Below, in pieces: positions 1 to 10,888 of a stretch of DNA of 64,000 nt (position 1 is its first letter; every line of letters begins with the position of its first letter). Origin of the DNA: Haliotis cracherodii (lineage: Eukaryota). The notes below the pieces were generated by a model that had not been told where the DNA came from, did not search any database, and worked only from the letters and a program-made list of their open reading frames with translations. Position numbers and translations under genes: made by a program. The stretch spans positions 39,990,001 through 40,054,000 of the forward strand of contig NW_027266297.1 in assembly GCF_022045235.1 (NCBI RefSeq), in the 5' to 3' direction.

Positions 1-350
1 GGAGAAACATGCACTGAAAAAGTGAAACATACACCAGTCACATATATCATTGGCTAACAGTATCTCTTCGACACCTTGATCATTTAATAAAAGGGATTAT
101 GTCAGCTATCGTCGAATTAGATGTTTGTTTGCATATTTACCCAACGTTGGGACGGTAAAATCAACATATCATTGGAATAAATACTCATATATTACGCAAG
201 AAGGAAATATTCTTACAAACAAAGAATGAAGGTTCACAACGCATCGGTATAGAATTTCATTGTAATTATTTACCAATGATTTATCAGTTGGACTAGGCAA
301 ATCGATGTTTTAACAACAAAAATGTGAATATGCATAACATTCTTAAGTAA

Positions 351-580
351 AGGGGTGGCCGTCTGAGGCGCCGCGATTCGCTGTGCAGAGGTGCGTCCCT
401 TGGGCACGCCAGAAACCTATGATTGTGGGTTTGAATCCCGGTTCGCCCCTATTATGTGTCTAGGTTTGTCAGCACCACACCCGTGTTTACAGAGAGAGGG
501 CGTATCAGTATCGCTTTATAATGGTAAAGTAGGCTATTTATATTGCGCATATTTCCACACCACTCAGGGGCATGCTTAAA
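351..580 (+). mobile_element. tRNA-headed SINE, family 2 (degenerate copy)
   Basis: Matches the copies at 49017 and 53000 (GGCGCCGCGATTCGCTGTGCAG...CGCCAGAAACCTATGATTG...GAATCCCGGTTCGCCCC); 3' part diverged. Confidence 0.7.
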
Positions 581-890
581 CCCCTATTATTACCCCGGTC
601 ACTGGATCAGTGTGCACTCAAGAGTCATTCTCAGCTCCCTTGGGAGTATACAACCAAAGATTCAAGTTAACAACCATATTGCTATCTTATCCTACCGGGT
701 ACCCATTCACTGCTGGGTGAACAGAGGCACATTTTCGAACACTTTCCCAAGTCACATGCCCAAGGAGACGCCACATGTGTTACATGTGCTTCAGTGTGAG
801 GCTTAACTTCACCTGATTGGTGACCTGTGCGCTGTGCACAGGACCATGTGCCACCACCAACCACCAGGGGTTTCTTGATAGCCACCCGCT
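580..890 (-). mobile_element. Old SINE-like remnant
   Basis: Minus strand contains CTGTTCACCCAGCAGTGAATGGGTACC, resembling a conserved central-domain motif of invertebrate SINEs; boundaries approximate. Confidence 0.4.
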
Positions 891-991
891 CTAACTTTAG
901 GTGTCTACATTTCAAAACTTCTAAAGTAAATCGAGTATGCTCTTTCTACGGAGATTTAAAAGATCGTCATATGACTCAAAAGTGGCGAACA

Positions 992-1273
992 GTGGCCCAT
1001 GGGCGAGAAATCTTCATTTTCTCAAAGCTCATGTTTTTTGTTTTGCAAATGCATAACGGTGTATCTACAAGTGACACACAATTCAACTCATTTAACTTAA
1101 TTCAACTACCTGTTAGCCTTATTAAAATAGTTCACCTATGGGCGAAAAATGTGGCCTGGCCCATGGGAGAGAATATCTTCATTTGCTCAAAACTCATGTT
1201 TTTTGTTTTGCAAATGAGTAACGGTGCATCTACAAGTGACACACAATTCAACTCATTTTCACTTAATTCAACC
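992..1273. repeat. Local direct duplication (~115 bp, two copies)
   Basis: GGCCCATGGG..AAATCTTCATT...GTGACACACAATTCAACTCATTT...ACTTAATTCAAC at ~992-1107 and ~1157-1273. Confidence 0.75.
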
Positions 1274-1614
1274 AATTAAAATATGAAATATTTTTAATGT
1301 CATGACTTCCCTGGAACTGTAATCGGAGTTCTCATTCAATTTGTCTACGATACATCAAATGGATTTGTGAAATCAACATAGAATTAATTCGTGTTACTAT
1401 TTGATCTTCAAAGCCTATCTAGAATATTGTTTTAATTCGTTGACAACCAGTTTCTAACAACATCCTTTATGCATGGCTAGTACTGCGCCTCTCGCGAAGA
1501 CAAAATTGTTTTGAGATGATGAATTGTTTACAATCCATGTGTATTGTGAAAATGAAAGCGACAAAACGCTTTCAATATTCATTGATTCTGACTAAATCAT
1601 AATAATATATTTAT

Positions 1615-4600
1615 GAATGGATCCATCTGTAAATATAGATTTATGAGTATCATACGTGCTTCGTACTTCATTATATTGCTGTTGATAAATTAGTTGATTT
1701 GTGTCGGATTTCTTGAGTTTACTTAATGTTAGGTCCACCTCTGGCTTCACTAACTGCCGTGTTGGAGAAGTGGACAGCCGAGTGGGGGCTATGGTTTCAA
1801 GATTGATTTAGGAGGCAGAAACATCAGATTGTATTCTTATTCCAAGTGGTGGAATAAGAGATGTCTTTTTATTGTAGAGATGTTTGTACAGAGGGTTAAA
1901 AACATAGTCATATGCTGGATTCGATTCAGTAGAACGTAATTTAGAGATATACTGTAAAGATAATTTAATGCGTCGTTGTTGAAGGGATGGCTCATCAGCC
2001 TCCACATACAAACTGTGAATAGGTGAAGTTCGGAAGGCTCCAAGACAAAGCCTCAGACCTTGGTGATGAATGGTGTCTAATGGTGTTTTAATTGTTCTTA
2101 CAAGCCCCAACATAGATGATGGAGCCGTAATCAAGTTAAGAGCGTATAGGAGCTCTGTATAGTTTTCTGATCCTCTCCCCACTTGGAATTAGAGACAACT
2201 TTTAACAAATCTAGAACTTTCAGACATTTATTCTTTAAGTATTTTATATGTGGTAAAAAGGTTAAATGATGAAAATTATACTAAAAAAATTCTCTTCTTT
2301 TACAACTTTAATGGGGGTGTTACCTAATGTTAGTTCTGGGTCATTGTGAGGTTTATATTTTCTGCAAAAGTGAATACAGTTAGTTTTAGATTTGGAAAAT
2401 TTAAAGCCACCACTTTTGGATTTTATTGGACACAATTGCATTTGCCTCTCAATCGTATGCATGTTCTTACCACGGCAAGAAACATTAAAGTCATCCAAAA
2501 ACAACGATCCATCAATTGAATCGTTTAAAACCTTTGCTAGACTGTTGATTTTAATGCTAAACAAAGTGACAGACAAAATACTGCCTTGTGGGATTATCCT
2601 GATTATAATGATCAGACAGGGTTGAACCCACGCGGACTTGAAATTGCCTGTCATTTAAAACTTGAATATAAATTGAGGCAGACGGCCTCGCAAACCAAAA
2701 TCATGTTAATCTTTTAAAATACCATACTTCCATGTAGTGTCATATGCTTTTTAAAGATCGAAAAAGATAGACACTGCATGTTGTTTGTTTATAATGGCAT
2801 TTTTAAGGAATGACTCCAATCGAACTAAATACTTTAAGGTACTTCGATTTTTACGAAAACCACATTGTATATTTGTGATTAAATTATTGGATTCTAAGTA
2901 CCAGGTTAATCTATTATTAACCATGCGTTCCATGGTTTTCCAAACGCAGCTAGTCAATGAAATGGGTCGATGATCACGTCCAGGCTTAGATATGGGAACA
3001 ATTATAGCTTCACGCCATGAAGAAGGAAATTCTCCTGACGTCCAGATTTTATCAAATATTATCAAAAGGGTTTCTAAACAGTATGGCGGTTAATGTTTTA
3101 AGAGTTGATAATGTATATTATCAGAACCCGCAGCAGTGTCATGAGCTTGTCCAAGTGCAGTTTGGAGCTCATGAATGGAAAAAACCTCATTGTAATCTTC
3201 CCCGTTATCTGTATTAGAATTTAAAGGTTTCTTTTCCTGAAATTGAGGGAAGAATGTTGAGCCAGAGTTTCACCAAGTTTATTTGTAATATCTAATTTAT
3301 CAGTTAACAATCGATCCCCATCTTTGAGATGGTGGCTGCTTGATTTAGTACCCTTACCTTTTATTTTCTGAATCATGCTCCATACCTTGGCCATAGGCAT
3401 CCGTGAATTTATCTTGGATACATAATTTTGCCAAGATTGGCGTTTGTTTTGTTTGAAAGTGCGCCGGGTTTTAGCATTTACATTTTGAATCTATTGAGAT
3501 TATGGACCATTGGATGGCGCCAAAGTTATTTTTCAGCTTTTTTCCGTGCCTTCCTAGCTAGTTTCGATCATTGTTGAACCATGGTTTACGTACATGTATG
3601 TGAGGATTTGAGGAGGACTTCGGAATACATTCATCAGCTAGTTTAGTAAGTTCATCAGAGAAAAGTTGTATAGGGTTGGGAACATCAATAAAAACTTCAG
3701 GTTTTAGTTTGTTAGAACAAGGACTTCAAATAACGCCCAGTTGGCTTTAGTAAAATTCCTTCGTGATGATGGAGGAACATCAGATGGTGTAACAGATTTT
3801 AAAATGGTAGGAAAATGGTAGGAAAATGGTAGGAGTGAGTGAGTGAGTATGGTCTTACGCCGCTTTTAGCAATATTCCAGCAATATCACGGCGGGGGACA
3901 CCAGAAATGGGCTTCACACATTGTACCCATGTCGGGAATCGAACCCGGGTCTTAGGCGTGACGAGCGAACGCTTTAACCACTAGGCTACCCGACCGCCCC
4001 GAAAATGGTAGAAAAATGGTCACTTCCACAGAGGTCATCGTGGACTGACCATTCAAATTCATGAAGTAAATCAGAATTTACAACTGACAAGTCCAGACAA
4101 GAGTATGTTCCAGTTGCAGGATGAAGATACGTGTGAGAACCATCATTAAAAGGCATAAATCGTTATTTAAGAAAAAATCCTCTAGTAATCTTCCTTTAGT
4201 GATGGTGACATTACTACCCCAAAGTGGGTTATGACCATTCAGATCTCCCATGATGACACAGGGCTAAGGGAGTTGGTCATACAGTGCCTGAAGATCAGAC
4301 TGTCGGGGAGAGTATGATGGTGGTACATACAAAGAACACAAAGTAAAAACAATATTTAATGTTACCCGCAATGCAACAGCCTGAAGAGGGGTATTGAGAG
4401 GAACAGGACTGTGAATGATGCCCTGCCTCACCAGAACAGAAGATCCTCCAGTTGCTTGATCACCCGGAGGGGAAAAGCTATGGTAAGAATCATACTGTCT
4501 TAAATCAAATTTATCAGTAGTTTTGAGGAAAGTTTCTTGTAAACAAAATGCAGATGGTTTGAAACCTTGAATAAAGGGCTGAAGATCAGTAAAATTGTTC

Positions 4601-6520
4601 CAAAGTCCTCTACAATTCCATTGTATTAATTTGGGAGAGGAACTCATGGGGGTTGAATTGGAGATCGTGAGCGGGGAGAAGGTCCTCTAGGCTGTAAAGG
4701 CAGCAATGGAGTGACCTCCATATCAAGAGGTTCAAAGGGTTTTGAACCTCCAGAGGGACTGTCAATGCTGAAGGCATCTTAATATGTGTAAGTACCTTGG
4801 ATCTTTTCTTTGTTGTTTCCTTTCCTTTCTGGAAAGTAGTGCATTGTTTTCTACCTCATTCACTGGCTCAGATTGAGTTTTAGGATCAGGGATAATGACT
4901 GAGGGAGCTTCAGGTTCTGGAAGAGGTTCAGTTTGTGATGTTGAAGAAGTTGATTTGGATGAAGTGCTGGTGTCGTCTACATCAATTTGATATAATGTTG
5001 TCTGCTCATTTGACACCCAGCTATGAGCTGTTTGGCATCCAGTGTCAACTTTGACAGACGAGGAGACTGCAGCAGAGTAGGTCAGAGAAGACGCAGGAGC
5101 TTTTGATTGACTTTCAAAAAGTGTCTTAGCTTCCGAGAACGAGATATCATTGGTATATTTGATTTTTAGGATTTAAGTCTGTGTCACAAAAGAGGGGCAT
5201 GATTTCGAGGAGGACATGTGGTCACCGCTGCAGTTTGCACATTTGATGTTAACTGTGCAGTCAGTGCCTTCATGCTGCTTACTGCAGCGGAACAAATTGC
5301 TGAATTACGACAGGACTAAGCCCCATGCCCGAACTGCTAACGGAGCGGATTTGGTATGTACACATTCACTCCGATGTTGAAATATCCAGCTTTGATGGAT
5401 GAAGGCAGTTTTGTTAAAGCAAATGTAAAAAGGTAGGTTTGGGTTTTAATAAGATTGTCACCATCTCCTCTCATAAATCGCTTCACAGATGGTACGCCTT
5501 GAGGCTTCAGCTCTGCTGCAATTTCCTCTTCTGACATGTCTGAAAGGCATTTGGCACGATCGCGTACAATGCTTCGACATGAATGTAGAGTTTTGTGCAC
5601 TGAGACAACAGTCTCAGTATTTGCAAAATGATGTGCTTTGAGAAGATTTAGAGATTGTTGTATTCTTGCACACTCCACAAGCCGTGAACCGGACCAGAGA
5701 CGAGTTACATTCTTGACAGAACCACATATTCCTTGAATAGATTTGGAAACGACGAAGGGGTTGATTTTGAGGGGTTCTCCATCAACGCCTTCAACTACCA
5801 GAAATCGTGGCCATGAGTCAACACTGAGAATAGATTCCTCATCAGAAGACACAACAGTGTCTGTATCAATATGCCTTCGCTTTGATTTCCCTTGAGAACC
5901 AGTGAACTGCCATAATGAAAGGAAATTTATTCAACAACCCTGCTCCCCAACAACGATGGAGTGTCAACAAGGACGGTGCCACAGTGGAAGCCAGGCTGCA
6001 ACACCAGGGCTACAGGGGTGTTATACTCCAGAAATAAAAACATCAATAGCTGTCGTTAATAAAAGGAAGAATGTCAGGCTGGTTCGGCCCATGGCACTTT
6101 CCTATAAAAACACAGAATTCAGCGATCCGTATCACCAGATTGGCCCATGAGCCACCGCCTTCTGGCATAGGACTCTAGGCAAAAAAATATTCAACACAAT
6201 CAAGGTCATCATATTTGGATCAAAACCTGTGTGATGAGATACGTCTAAATTATCAAGTATTCCATGCACAGGGCATGGCGTGACCAGCCGATTGATAGAA
6301 TCGGGCCCATTCTACCACCTGTCTAGATGAAGTTAGGGTCAAAGTGATGTGTTGGGCAAAAGGAACACTGTTCCTGGCTCCAGTGCCCTCAACCACCAGA
6401 ATACCTTCCTCCACCTACACAGGGGCGCAACCCACGGCAAACGGGTTGTCCAATTTGGTCGCCTTTTACGACCAGCAATGGGGTGCTGTGGACACATTCT
6501 ACCCCAGGTCCACGCCGGGG
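1615..6520 (-). mobile_element. Decayed non-LTR retrotransposon, I group (Nimb/I-like), 5' end present, 3' truncated
   Basis: ORF1 WPRFLVVE..INPFVVSKSI..PNPLR followed by CCHC knuckles (~4650-5930). ORF2 has an APE (LIQWNCRGL, CLQET), RT (RPISLTS, IPQGSILS, LFLDDF) and LRLCLGAFRTSP, and breaks off at the RNase H start IFTDGS (~1620). Many frameshifts; ~600 bp 5' UTR. Confidence 0.9.
3834..4000 (-). mobile_element. tRNA-headed SINE, family 1, nested in the LINE
   Basis: A box TAGCCTAGTGG, B box GGTTCGATTCC, (ACTC)n tail, TSD GAAAATGGTAG on both sides. Confidence 0.9.
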
Positions 6521-6789
6521 AAGGGCTATTAACGTTACCCAGCACTCAGCACCAGGAGGATGCTCTTCACGAGTGCCCGAAAGTTCAAGCTCACAGCTAA
6601 GATATAACAGACAAACGGGGGTGGAGGGTGGGTGTGTGTGTGGAGGGGAGGGGGGGAGGGGGGGGGGGGGGGGGGGGGGAGACAGCAAGGCGAGCATGTC
6701 AGATTAAACATTACAAACTCTCCTTGTGCCTTGCGTTGTCCTTACTTTTACAAGTATGGTAAATGTCTGTAAAAAAAAAATTAGGCTTG

Positions 6790-7610
6790 TAGGTCAATAT
6801 CTGGTCTGTTCACCATGTTGGGCGATACGAGCTCGATAGCTTCATGGCGTATGGTTGTACCTTCATGGCGTATTCCACCTGAAGAGCTACTCCAACCTGG
6901 GTCACGTTGTGCTTGGTCTCTGGTGTACCCTCTGTTACCGTAGAACATCTCACAGTTGCTCTTTTGGTGACATGCCATGGTACTTAGCGGGACCGTCCAA
7001 TGTCCGTATGCCTTCTCGTTGGAGATAATCGGTGATTACCTGTGCATTATGTTGTCTGGCATTGTCATCTTGCAGTTCAAAATGTCTGCCGATAATACCA
7101 CGACAATTCGCAAAGACTCGTCAACATATCGCTGGCTTGTCAAATGTCCATCCATAACAACCACATCAGTTCGCCTGTCATGTGTGATACTGCCCCACAC
7201 CACGGCACTACTGTCCATACCGATCATGGCAAAGAATTGTTCCCCGGGCATCCCGCTCGCCACTACGTCGCTGACAACATTTTCTGCCATCTGTTAATCT
7301 GAGAGGAAACCTTGTTTTCATTGGTGCACAACCCCTCCCTGGTGCTGTCTAATCCACTTAAATATATATATGGTAAATTGTTAGGTTCACACCCTTCACA
7401 GGACGCCTTGTATTCAGGCGGGCTGCATAGAGCCGCTTCAATGGTAGATTTTGACAGTTGCTATTGAACGGATATCTATATTGATAACAGGAGCAGATTT
7501 TAATCTATTGCGGAGTGCAATCAATGTAATGGGACAAGACGACCTTGTACCAGGTGTCATTGCAATCCCATCAATTTGCCGGTACTTGTCCCGCAGTCGC
7601 GAAATTTCTT
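6790..7610 (-). mobile_element. Tc1-like transposase relic
   Basis: Fragments RLYAARLNTRRP and AVVWGSITHDRRTDVVVMDGHLTSQRYVDE resemble Tc1 transposase; heavily mutated; partial paralog at ~28316-28710. Confidence 0.65.
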
Positions 7611-7639
7611 ATTTTGATTTTACACACGGGTAATGTACA

Positions 7640-7865
7640 CCTTTGCTTGCCGTAAAAGGCGACTGTGCTTGTCAAAAGAGGCGACTGACGTGATCTGGTG
7701 GTCAGGACCACTGACTTGGTTGATGCATGTCATCGTATCCCAACTGCTTAGATCGATGCTGAAGATGTCAATCATTGGATTGTCTTGTCCAGACTCGATT
7801 ATTTACAGACCGCCGTCATATAGCTGGAATAGTGCCGAGTGCGGCGTTAAACAACAAACAAACAA
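7640..7865 (+). mobile_element. SINE family 4 (non-tRNA head), 5' truncated
   Basis: TGCTTGCCGTAAAAGGCGACT tandem...GGATTGTCT.GTCCAGACTCGATTATTTACAGACCGCCGTCATATAGCTGGAAT...GGCGTTAAACAACAAAC. Confidence 0.85.
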
Positions 7866-9693
7866 TCAGTTGCTTACAACACCTGTTGTGCATGACTTAT
7901 AACATACGTTCAGAAGACGCTGTCTGTATTCTCTGGCCATCAAGACCTAATTTCCTTTTGGTTTATGGGCGTCATTTTCAAGATGTAGTACACAAAAGAA
8001 GTTAAAGATCACCCAGATTATTATATTATTAATATTGTTAATTAGCCATGCCATAAACATTTTTTGAGAAGCATATATTCAAAAATACTCATATATAAAC
8101 ACGAGTAAACACATTCTGCATGTTCTTCCTAATTCACTAATAGGTGCAGCTACGCACCATTAAATGAGATATATATGTCTGGAATGCACATTACATGCAA
8201 GAATATTGGAACTATTTAATATTATAAAACACATTTTTAACAAAACAAAGCAGGTGACTACATATATTTATACATGTTTACGTACGTTACTGGTACCGTG
8301 GCCTTGTTTAAGCGCATTGCAGAGGGTTTTGTATAGATTTCGATTTACTTTGTACACGGTTCGTACTTTCGTTTGAAATATTCAAAATTTCCTTTTAAAA
8401 CGGTATGTTCAGTTCTCTAACCCAATCTAAGTATCACATACCAATGTCAGTCGGAGAACCTATTATATTACAATACCATTAGAAAAATATATTGCAGCAT
8501 ACGTCATTTGAATTCATTACACGCTACAATAAATAAATAGATGGTCAGTGGGTCTGCCTGCATGCGAAAGTGGCTGCATAATATATGATATTATTGTAAA
8601 GGAGACAATTTGAGAAATGGAATTAGTCTTTGTTGTGCATTCAGTGCAGTCTTTTGTTCAGTTTCTTCTAAAGTTTCACATACAAATGACAACTGTCCCG
8701 TCGTTCGACAATCAGCAGAGAATATGTCACCATTGTATTTCATTTGAACTCATTACACTCAATACACAATATTTTGTTCAGTTTATTCAAACCTGTAACT
8801 GTACTACAATCTTCCATTAAGATTTGAAAGGTAGGTTGTTCTTTAAGAACTGAATGATTCAAAATAATTGGTTTGAAAATACCATTTTAATCAGGAACTA
8901 CAGTTTTAGGGGAAGCATGGCTTCAACAAGGTTGACGTGGTAACAATGGTACAAACTTACAGGCATTTGAGAAATATGTACTGCCTGTAATTTTCGGAAA
9001 TGTAGATATCAAAGGCTCTTCATAACGGTAAAGTACACAACTGGAAAGTTTAAGTCACTATCAAAGTAATGTATCGCGGGCTGCATTGTGCAGAACTATG
9101 TGATGCTAGGCGAGAATCTAATTTCATGCATAGCTTACTCCGACCAATTTCCTGAGACGTTACAGAGACAAGGTGCAGCCTTTCGTGTACATACTGTACA
9201 GTACATTGTGGAAGTGTATATTTCTAATATATAAGTGTTAAACACATGGATGCATAGCTCATATTTACAACTTTGAAAGCAATGTGGATGAACCATAAAA
9301 CGAAAATGGCTGCAAAAGTTATTAAAAGTTGAATACAAACAGATAAATACAAACAGTTAAAATTATTTCAATATTATTTCGAAGGATGGTGTGGATCTCC
9401 GGTAAGTCAAATTGTAGAATGTATTTCGAGTCACATTTGTATCAATGTGATCAGTCAAAATACAGTAGCAACGAATCAAATTGATTTGTGAAAGCAGCAC
9501 ACAATCCTTTGTTATTTATTCGCCAATATTCCTCCAATCTGGGTACGATGACACGACCCATCGCGTTACCGTGACTGAAAACTCGGGATCTCCTTGGGGT
9601 TATAATTAATTCATGATATAGACTCACACTGAACTGAAAAGACATACCTGTCAATTCAAACTGGATACTTATATGATGAACAAATGTATTACC

Positions 9694-9962
9694 TACAACA
9701 GTTGATTGATAAGTTCTGATCCTCACACACAAAGACTTGCCCTAAAGACATCAAAATCAATTATTTTTCAAAAGAATCCCCTTCTACATTGATACACTTT
9801 TGTCAACGATGTTGGAGGGATTTTATCCCAGTTTCATAGCTGCTAAGATGTCACAGCAAAACAGTTTGCTCAGTTGACTCAAGTATTTTTGACATCATGT
9901 AATGTCCGCAGCTAGAGATTGCCTTCTATATGAGGCTAAGAACTTATCAATCAACCCTCATA
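9694..9962 (-). mobile_element. Mariner-derived short deletion element
   Basis: Imperfect TIRs (GTTGATTGATAAGTTCTGA / AGAACTTATCAATCAAC) with TA flanks; interior encodes a mariner C-terminus (INVEGD.FEK); present in every array unit. Confidence 0.75.
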
Positions 9963-10407
9963 CAAGGAGACAACAACACGAATTCGGTCCAAATAAACCT
10001 TCACATACACTCCATTTAAAATGAAGTACAGTCAATCAAAGTCAGCAAAGTTACTTTCTAACAAATTCATCTGTAGTGTATATTCTACATATACAGTTGA
10101 TTAAACAGAAGAGTTTGAACACACCACGTCTGTGCACAAACACAGTTTCAAGCACTTGTGACCCATAAGTCCCATAAGATATTTATCCATCTTGGCGAAA
10201 TATCACTGGTGGTACGAATGAACGGTTCTCAACAGGCAAACCACAGTGACGTATTCTGCAAGAAATACAGTAAATATATCAACAACTGTAGACCTTTGCC
10301 AGGTGCTAGCAGTGCAATTGTGTCTGTGCTTCTGCCGTTTGGTGGAGCCAGGTGATAGCATTTAACAAACGTTTAGTCACTTGACACAGTGGGGACGAAG
10401 AAAACTA

Positions 10408-10670
10408 CCCGTGAAGATCCGGGGTAGAATAGGTCTTCAGCAACCTATGTTTTGCCGTAAAGGGCGACTGTGCTTGTTGTTAGAGGAGACGAACGGGATC
10501 GGGTGGTCAGGCTCGCGGACTTGGTTGTTGCATGTCATCGATCCCAATTGCGTAGATCGGTACTCATGATATCAGTCACTGGATTGTCTGGTCCAGACTC
10601 GATTATTTACAGACCGCCGTCATATAGCTGGAATATGGCTGAGTGCGGCGTTAAACCAACCAACCAACTA
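10408..10670 (+). mobile_element. SINE family 4, full length
   Basis: Starts CCCGTGAAGATCCGGGGTAGAATAGGTCTTCAGC and ends in (AACC)n; flanked by ACGAAGAAAAC direct repeats; same site in units B (31047) and C (39531). Confidence 0.9.
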
Positions 10671-10888
10671 ACGAAGAAAACATCTTCTCCCATGGGGACA
10701 CGAATTTGTTTTCCCTTTCTACACAGCTCATGGCACATATCAACAAAAATTTCAATTGACAATTAATAATGTACGATAACACCTGTACGCCGCAGTGACT
10801 AAGTTGACCGACAAAAAAGCTGACTCTTACCATCGTATGTAAATTACTTTAAACAGTCACAAATGAAGAAGAAGGTGAAATCTTTAGG

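Noticed and set aside
3834-4000. tRNA genes suggested by A/B boxes here and in similar copies
   Set aside because: They continue into shared SINE bodies with tails and TSDs and lack oligo-T terminators
6389-6707. Pro-rich and Gly-rich ORFs
   Set aside because: Caused by a poly-G tract and the LINE 5' UTR
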